Shown in pieces: positions 58,638-64,000 of a stretch of DNA of 64,000 bases. A program made the position numbers and the translations under genes. The stretch is from the sequence record MF327008, one strand, 5' to 3'. The DNA comes from Shigella phage Sf24. Within the stretch, counting starts at the first letter, position 1, and every line of letters begins with the position of its first letter. The notes under the pieces are model-generated. The model did no database searches. It was not told the origin of the DNA and saw only the letters and a program-made list of their open reading frames with translations.

Positions 58638-59099
58638 TCATTGAGTTTTAATTACTGCTTTAGAAGCCTTTCCTGGTAAACGACGACTGTTGATAATTGC
58701 CATCCTGCATTGAAGTGACGGGTTTTTGAACTTCTCATTAGGCTTACAAACCGTAAATCCAAGCCAAAGATTTCCATCTGTGATTTCTAAACGTCCAGGA
58801 CGATATTCAACCCCATCAATAAAATCCTCGTCAATGTCAGGACGCGGAGGCATACTCAGGAATTCATTAACTTCTAAAACATGGTCTTTTATTTTATGGA
58901 ATAATTCAAAAACATATGTCTCATCAATCTCCCGTTGAATTGCACGATCAAGAAGATGTTGAGAATATTTTAGATGAAACGATGAGACTCCTGCTGCCTT
59001 TGATGCCTCACGAATCTCATTGTTAATTTGACGAAACTCCGACTCAAAGTGACGACGAAGCTTATTTCGACGGATAAAAACTTCTGTATTGATAGTCAT
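58638..59099 (-). CDS. regB: endoribonuclease RegB
   Basis: 153 aa MTINTEVFIRRNKLRRHFESEFRQ, T4 RegB-like. Confidence 0.9.
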   Translation of the reverse strand: MTINTEVFIRRNKLRRHFESEFRQINNEIREASKAAGVSSFHLKYSQHLLDRAIQREIDETYVFELFHKIKDHVLEVNEFLSMPPRPDIDEDFIDGVEYRPGRLEITDGNLWLGFTVCKPNEKFKNPSLQCRMAIINSRRLPGKASKAVIKTQ

Positions 59100-59126
59100 G
59101 TTATTCTCCTCTTAACTGATAGAAAA

Positions 59127-59157
59127 ATTATACCACAGTCAAGAGGAAAAGTAAACA
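59127..59157 (-). promoter_or_regulatory. T4-type early promoter upstream of regB
   Basis: GTTTAC ... TGTGGTATAAT on minus strand. Confidence 0.6.
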
Positions 59158-59158
59158 A

Positions 59159-59437
59159 TTATTCTTTAAATCTAATCAATTTATTCATAGACTTTGAAAC
59201 TTCTGCACGAACCTCATGCAAGTTTTTAAGCTGTTCAAGACGCTGTTCATAGTAAGCAATTTCATCTTCTTCGAGACAGTCCTGTGAATCTTCTTTAAGA
59301 TAACGTGCATAGTCCTGGAAAGCTTTACGGACTACTTCCTGGAAGTCATCAAGACTTTGAATTTTCTTAGGAGCAACAGATACACGACGAGGGGCAGTAT
59401 AATACTCATAACCAAACCCTGCACTTAATTGAGCCAT
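59159..59437 (-). CDS. hypothetical protein
   Basis: start likely at internal Met. Confidence 0.45.
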   Translation of the reverse strand: MAQLSAGFGYEYYTAPRRVSVAPKKIQSLDDFQEVVRKAFQDYARYLKEDSQDCLEEDEIAYYEQRLEQLKNLHEVRAEVSKSMNKLIRFKE

Positions 59438-59703
59438 TAGTATTTTTCCTCTGGTTGGAACACTGCACGACAAGCCCACATACTGGCTTCTTTGAGTTTC
59501 GTTTTAGCAATAGTTAACTGATCGAGGCTTTCAGCATAATTCTTCGCGAGTTCATCATCTTCACAATTATCTAGTGCTTCCCAGAATTCATCGTATAAAG
59601 CGTCAAAGATAAGTCCTAAACGAACTTCAGCGTCTTTAATAGCATTCACTTTACCGATTTTCTCTTCAGTATGCGGCTTATAACCTTTAATGTCTTCAAT
59701 CAT
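59437..59703 (-). CDS. hypothetical protein
   Basis: start likely at internal Met MIEDIKG. Confidence 0.45.
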   Translation of the reverse strand: MIEDIKGYKPHTEEKIGKVNAIKDAEVRLGLIFDALYDEFWEALDNCEDDELAKNYAESLDQLTIAKTKLKEASMWACRAVFQPEEKY

Positions 59704-59917
59704 ATTTGACTTCCTCACCAGTACATAAATTATATTCAACTAAACGAATAGGTTCATGAATGCCATATCCTTGAACAGAAATTTCTGTTGTAGGATAAAT
59801 TCCATCAATACCACCCATATTCCATGCTTCATTAAATTGCTGTTCGCCTGAATTACTAAACCACTCGGCGAAAGCATTTAACACATCTTTAGAACCTTCA
59901 ATAATTATCTTTGCCAT
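59696..59917 (-). CDS. hypothetical small protein
   Basis: 73-aa ORF. Confidence 0.5.
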   Translation of the reverse strand: MAKIIIEGSKDVLNAFAEWFSNSGEQQFNEAWNMGGIDGIYPTTEISVQGYGIHEPIRLVEYNLCTGEEVKYD

Positions 59918-60279
59918 TACAAACTCTCAGTAAAGGTACGAGCGATAACGTCGCGCTGCTGTTCCGGAGTCAGAGAGTTAAAGCGAACTGCATAACCGGA
60001 TACACGGATGGTCAGCTGCGGATATTTTTCCGGATGCTTAACTGCATCTTCCAGAGTTTCACGACGCAGAACGTTAACATTCAGGTGTTGACCACCTTCA
60101 ATTTTAACCGTAGGCTGTGGTTCAATTTCAATTTCACGGGCATGCAAACCGTAGAAAATTTCCGGGTCTACAAAAGAGTCCTCTTTAAAGGTTTTAGAGA
60201 CAATAATTCGTGCTTGAATACCATCTTCAAAATAAATAGTACCTTTATGCGTGCCTTCAAGAATTTGATATGCTTTCAT
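59917..60279 (-). CDS. autonomous glycyl radical cofactor, GrcA/YfiD-like (T4 Y06I-like)
   Basis: C-terminus [59 protein letters not shown] with glycyl-radical motif RVSGYAV; GC-richer, host-like composition. Confidence 0.85.
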   Translation of the reverse strand: MKAYQILEGTHKGTIYFEDGIQARIIVSKTFKEDSFVDPEIFYGLHAREIEIEPQPTVKIEGGQHLNVNVLRRETLEDAVKHPEKYPQLTIRVSGYAVRFNSLTPEQQRDVIARTFTESL

Positions 60280-60285
60280 ATAACC

Positions 60286-60615
60286 TCAATTAGAAAATAA
60301 ATTTATCCAAGATTGTTCTTTAATTAAAAATGGCTCAGAATCATATGCCATTAAACTTTGGGTGATTAGTCCTTTAAAAGGTCCATCAATAAATTCCATG
60401 GTAAAATATGGAATTTTATTCATTAATCTTGCATTAGGAGCAGTGCACAAAACTCTGCATCCTTTGAATACGCCTTTTTGTAATTTGTATTGCTTAGGAT
60501 AAAATTCGCTCAAGACGTTGTTATTTGCCAAAATTTCAAAATGATTCACCAATTTATTTTTAATAGTTTTTGGCGAAAAATAAAGATATTCGAAAAGTTG
60601 CGTGTCTGTCATCAT
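60286..60615 (-). CDS. hypothetical protein
   Basis: start likely at internal Met. Confidence 0.45.
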   Translation of the reverse strand: MMTDTQLFEYLYFSPKTIKNKLVNHFEILANNNVLSEFYPKQYKLQKGVFKGCRVLCTAPNARLMNKIPYFTMEFIDGPFKGLITQSLMAYDSEPFLIKEQSWINLFSN

Positions 60616-61115
60616 TGCATTCCGATTATGAAAAACTGTGGACGAGTAATACCACCAATGCAACATTTAATATTACAGCAGCAGTGTACAGTGTCAATAT
60701 GGACACTATAAATCTTATCCATATCAGGAGATTTGACAGGCTCGTCAATTATATACAAAATTCGCGAAAGCGATAAACCTCTGAACTTACTTCCTTTATT
60801 ACCGATAAAACTACGGACAGAATCGGTAAATAAACGGAATCGAATATCATCGCTAGAATAACGAGAAAATTCTTTTTTAATGTGGCCTGCAGAAATTTTA
60901 GCGTAAGCTGAAGTATTAGAAAGAACAATAACTGTTCCACCGTCATACAACCAATTAGCGGCAAAATTAGTTACTGCAGTTGATTTACCAGATTGACGTC
61001 CACCATCTAGTCGAAGTGTGCAGTACTGTTTAAGTAATTCTTCAAATGGCGGGATATATTCGTTTTTACAAATTTCTTCTACTCTAGCGTCAGAATGGTG
61101 TGTAAAAGCATTCAT
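60612..61115 (-). CDS. small P-loop NTPase
   Basis: Walker A GGRQSGKST; Walker B-like IIDEP. Confidence 0.55.
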   Translation of the reverse strand: MNAFTHHSDARVEEICKNEYIPPFEELLKQYCTLRLDGGRQSGKSTAVTNFAANWLYDGGTVIVLSNTSAYAKISAGHIKKEFSRYSSDDIRFRLFTDSVRSFIGNKGSKFRGLSLSRILYIIDEPVKSPDMDKIYSVHIDTVHCCCNIKCCIGGITRPQFFIIGMQ

Positions 61116-61303
61116 CAGGATAGATAAGGACCAGTTAAAAATGTTCTCATTTTATTCTCTCTAAATTTGGGCCATTCCGTGGCGCATGAATTGTCCATTT
61201 CTGTATTTACCCATTACCGCACTCAGGCTCGACCTTATTACAGGTTGGCGGGAATCCCTCATAGAATCATGAGGTCCAGGTTGTTCCCATATTTCTTATT
61301 TGC

Positions 61304-61777
61304 TTATTTGAATGATTTGACGTACTGAATAGAGCCTTTGCTATTCACGAAAGCGATTTTACCATTTTTGTTATACATGGTAGCAGTACGCTGATAGCCA
61401 TAAGTTTGCTTACCAGATTGATAACCAACTAATGCAAAATTATCTTCACCCATTTTATTCTGTTTGGCGCGGATACGTTCATGACCGTGCGCCATAAGAA
61501 CCTTAGCATCGCCAGTTGAAATTGATCTACGAGTTTTTTCATCTTCAACTGTATTAACAAAGTCGTCAAATGAATCAAATTTAGCGTGAGATTTATTATA
61601 CAGTTTTCCATCTACTGCATAATTATATCCCTGTACATCCATCTCAACTTCTGTACCATCATCCAATACAGCAGTGATTTTTTGACCTTTTTTAAATTTC
61701 AAAAGATCAGTAAAAGATTCAGCAATAATTTGAGAATTAATAGCTGCTTCAGTGATAAATTCTTGATATGTTTTCAT
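61304..61777 (-). CDS. internal protein (IP) with capsid targeting sequence
   Basis: N-terminus MKTYQEFITEA matches the T4 IP CTS consensus MKTYQEFIAEA. Confidence 0.75.
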   Translation of the reverse strand: MKTYQEFITEAAINSQIIAESFTDLLKFKKGQKITAVLDDGTEVEMDVQGYNYAVDGKLYNKSHAKFDSFDDFVNTVEDEKTRRSISTGDAKVLMAHGHERIRAKQNKMGEDNFALVGYQSGKQTYGYQRTATMYNKNGKIAFVNSKGSIQYVKSFK

Positions 61778-61786
61778 ATGTTTCCT

Positions 61787-62203
61787 TTAAATGTAAATAT
61801 TTTTACCGTAATACTTATACCAGTGTGGTTTCATTAAAATTTTTTCATCAAGTCGTTGTTGACTCAATTTAATAGCTGATTTGCATGGATTATAATCATT
61901 TTTCCATTCTACTGGAATATCGCTGATGTCAGGAACTTCAGTATCTTTTATACTGAACCCTCGTTTTAAGCATTCCGTTATAATGTCTAATTGACGCTTT
62001 CGCAAAAATTCTAACTTATCGTAAAAGAACGTAACATGACCAGAACCTAAAATAAACTCGGAAGATATTTTAAAATCTTTAACGCGCTTACCGTTTGCCA
62101 CATGCTTACGAACTATACCAAAAACACGCGGCAATTCACGGTATTCTGCGATTAAATGTTGATCAGCAAGTTCAGATACTAAAGTCAAATTAATACGAGT
62201 CAT
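61787..62203 (-). CDS. denV: endonuclease V, pyrimidine dimer glycosylase DenV
   Basis: 138 aa [30 protein letters not shown]4 DenV-like. Confidence 0.93.
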   Translation of the reverse strand: MTRINLTLVSELADQHLIAEYRELPRVFGIVRKHVANGKRVKDFKISSEFILGSGHVTFFYDKLEFLRKRQLDIITECLKRGFSIKDTEVPDISDIPVEWKNDYNPCKSAIKLSQQRLDEKILMKPHWYKYYGKNIYI

Positions 62204-62225
62204 TTTATCCCTCCAAGTAACTGTG

Positions 62226-62259
62226 AATATACTATCACAATTCTAGGAGAAAGTAAACA
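62226..62259 (-). promoter_or_regulatory. T4-type early promoter upstream of denV
   Basis: GTTTAC and TGTGATAGTAT on minus strand. Confidence 0.45.
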
Positions 62260-62262
62260 ACT

Positions 62263-62793
<531 letters not shown>

Positions 62794-63249
62794 TTAAAAG
62801 AGGCTGTTCATTATTCGGTAAAGTGAAGGACCCATCACATATTGCCACTGAGTACGAGGAATAAGGGCAAAAGCATCCATCTCTGGAATCATAACACCAT
62901 CTTTATTTTCAAAATAAGACTCGCAATGGCAATTTCTGAACATCTCATGCTCTACTGGAATCGTATAATAAAATAACTGTAAGTCTTTATTACTAGAATA
63001 TTTAAATACACCTAGGTCTTCTAGAAGGTCTGGATTATAATTGTTAAAACCAGTCTCTTCTGAGCATTCTCTTCGTGCTGCATCTAATGCGCTTAAATCA
63101 GAATTTTCTACACGCCCCTTTGGAATATCCCAGCGATGTGCCATCATTCCAGGCTTACGAGAACCAGTAACTCGTCCCATAAATAAATCTTTATCTTCTG
63201 TCATAAAGATAATACCAGCTGATAATGTTTTCATTTTAATTTCCTGCAT
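62794..63249 (-). CDS. nudE: Nudix hydrolase NudE
   Basis: Nudix box GRVENSDLSALDAARRECSEETGF. Confidence 0.85.
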   Translation of the reverse strand: MQEIKMKTLSAGIIFMTEDKDLFMGRVTGSRKPGMMAHRWDIPKGRVENSDLSALDAARRECSEETGFNNYNPDLLEDLGVFKYSSNKDLQLFYYTIPVEHEMFRNCHCESYFENKDGVMIPEMDAFALIPRTQWQYVMGPSLYRIMNSLF

Positions 63250-63719
63250 TCAGTGATAAAATTATTTAAATTTTGAGTATATTTCTTTTCATCAAAAATC
63301 TTTTGCTGCCTACGTAACCGCCATGGCATTTCAATGAACACGCACCATATTCCTGATAGTACTGCTGCTGTAAAAATATTAACAAGTATAATTAAAAGAA
63401 TCCAATCTTCCGTTCTGCCTACTGGACTTTCTCCAAAGAAGCAAAATACAAATGATGTCACAGGAAAACTAATAATATACCACAGAATAACCTTCTTATC
63501 TGTGAACCAATCAGCGTTCGTTAACTTAGCACGACCATTTTGAATACACACGAATTTATCATCTGTTACAGTAGATGGCTTAACTGCTTGATATCCCATT
63601 CTAAACTCCCTAATTAATCGTTTCTTTGTATCTTTAGAACAGCCACTCCAATCAACTCTATCAACTGAAATGCCATCGTCCCCATCATCTAAATCATACC
63701 AGCGAGTTTTTAAAATCAT
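63231..63719 (-). CDS. membrane protein, paralog pair
   Basis: two TM helices; C-terminus NFITECRKLK. Confidence 0.5.
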   Translation of the reverse strand: MILKTRWYDLDDGDDGISVDRVDWSGCSKDTKKRLIREFRMGYQAVKPSTVTDDKFVCIQNGRAKLTNADWFTDKKVILWYIISFPVTSFVFCFFGESPVGRTEDWILLIILVNIFTAAVLSGIWCVFIEMPWRLRRQQKIFDEKKYTQNLNNFITECRKLK

Positions 63720-63985
63720 TTAATTTTCCTACAATCACTCACAAACTCTTCCATTGATTCTTTTTCAATATAAGACATGTAGTTATTATATTCATTTAAT
63801 TGTATTTTGTAATCCTTTTTTCTTTGCCAATTTATTTTAAAATTATCATAATGAAAATATAACATGGTACCAAAGAATGAAAATAATGAAATCGCTATAG
63901 TATAACGAAGTTCACTCCAAACTTCTATTATATCTACTATACCGCTGACGTTACTGCGGATGTTTAAAATAATACAGTCAATCAT
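63716..63985 (-). CDS. membrane protein, paralog pair
   Basis: hydrophobic core; C-terminus EFVSDCRKIK. Confidence 0.5.
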   Translation of the reverse strand: MIDCIILNIRSNVSGIVDIIEVWSELRYTIAISLFSFFGTMLYFHYDNFKINWQRKKDYKIQLNEYNNYMSYIEKESMEEFVSDCRKIK

Positions 63986-64000
63986 TAATCCAATAAGACT

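Noticed and set aside
61150-61300. tRNA gene in the GC-rich intergenic segment
   Set aside because: I could not build a cloverleaf or find a GTTC-type T-loop; retained as a structured non-coding region only.

Overview
This window is a contiguous early/middle region of a T4-like (Tevenvirinae) phage, running from the gene 39 topoisomerase to nudE in the T4 gene order, with essentially every gene on the minus strand. Recognisable core genes are 39, goF, cef, dexA, dda, srd, modA, modB, soc, 56, dam, 61, sp, dmd, 41, 40, uvsX, 42, imm, 43, regA, 62, 44, 45, rpbA, 46, 47, a-gt, 55, nrdH, nrdG, nrdD, 49, pin, nrdC, rI, tk, regB, a GrcA-like gene, an internal-protein gene, denV, e and nudE. The phage is not T4 itself: gene 39 is one fused 39+60 ORF, nrdD has no intron, no homing-endonuclease genes (segF, mobD, I-Tev) are seen, and a GT-A type glycosyltransferase sits where T4 has beta-gt, which points to a T2/T6-like lineage. 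Between the core genes are many small accessory ORFs, often as tandem paralog pairs or triplets, separated by T4-type early promoters (GTTTAC -35, TGnTATAAT-like -10) and hairpins that read as cUUCGg tetraloops on the minus-strand transcript. The strongest candidates for something undescribed are: a PD-(D/E)xK nuclease-like ORF translationally coupled to dam with a convergent plus-strand small membrane gene; a macro-domain protein near tk; a nucleotidyltransferase-fold protein with a membrane protein and an adjacent AAA+ ATPase; and a block of four tandem paralogs with C-terminal coiled coils. Caveat: everything is from reading the sequence and the ORF track without any search; boundaries of ORFs under 60 aa, promoters and hairpins may be off by 1-2 nt, and in places my base-by-base reading disagreed with the track frame by one base.
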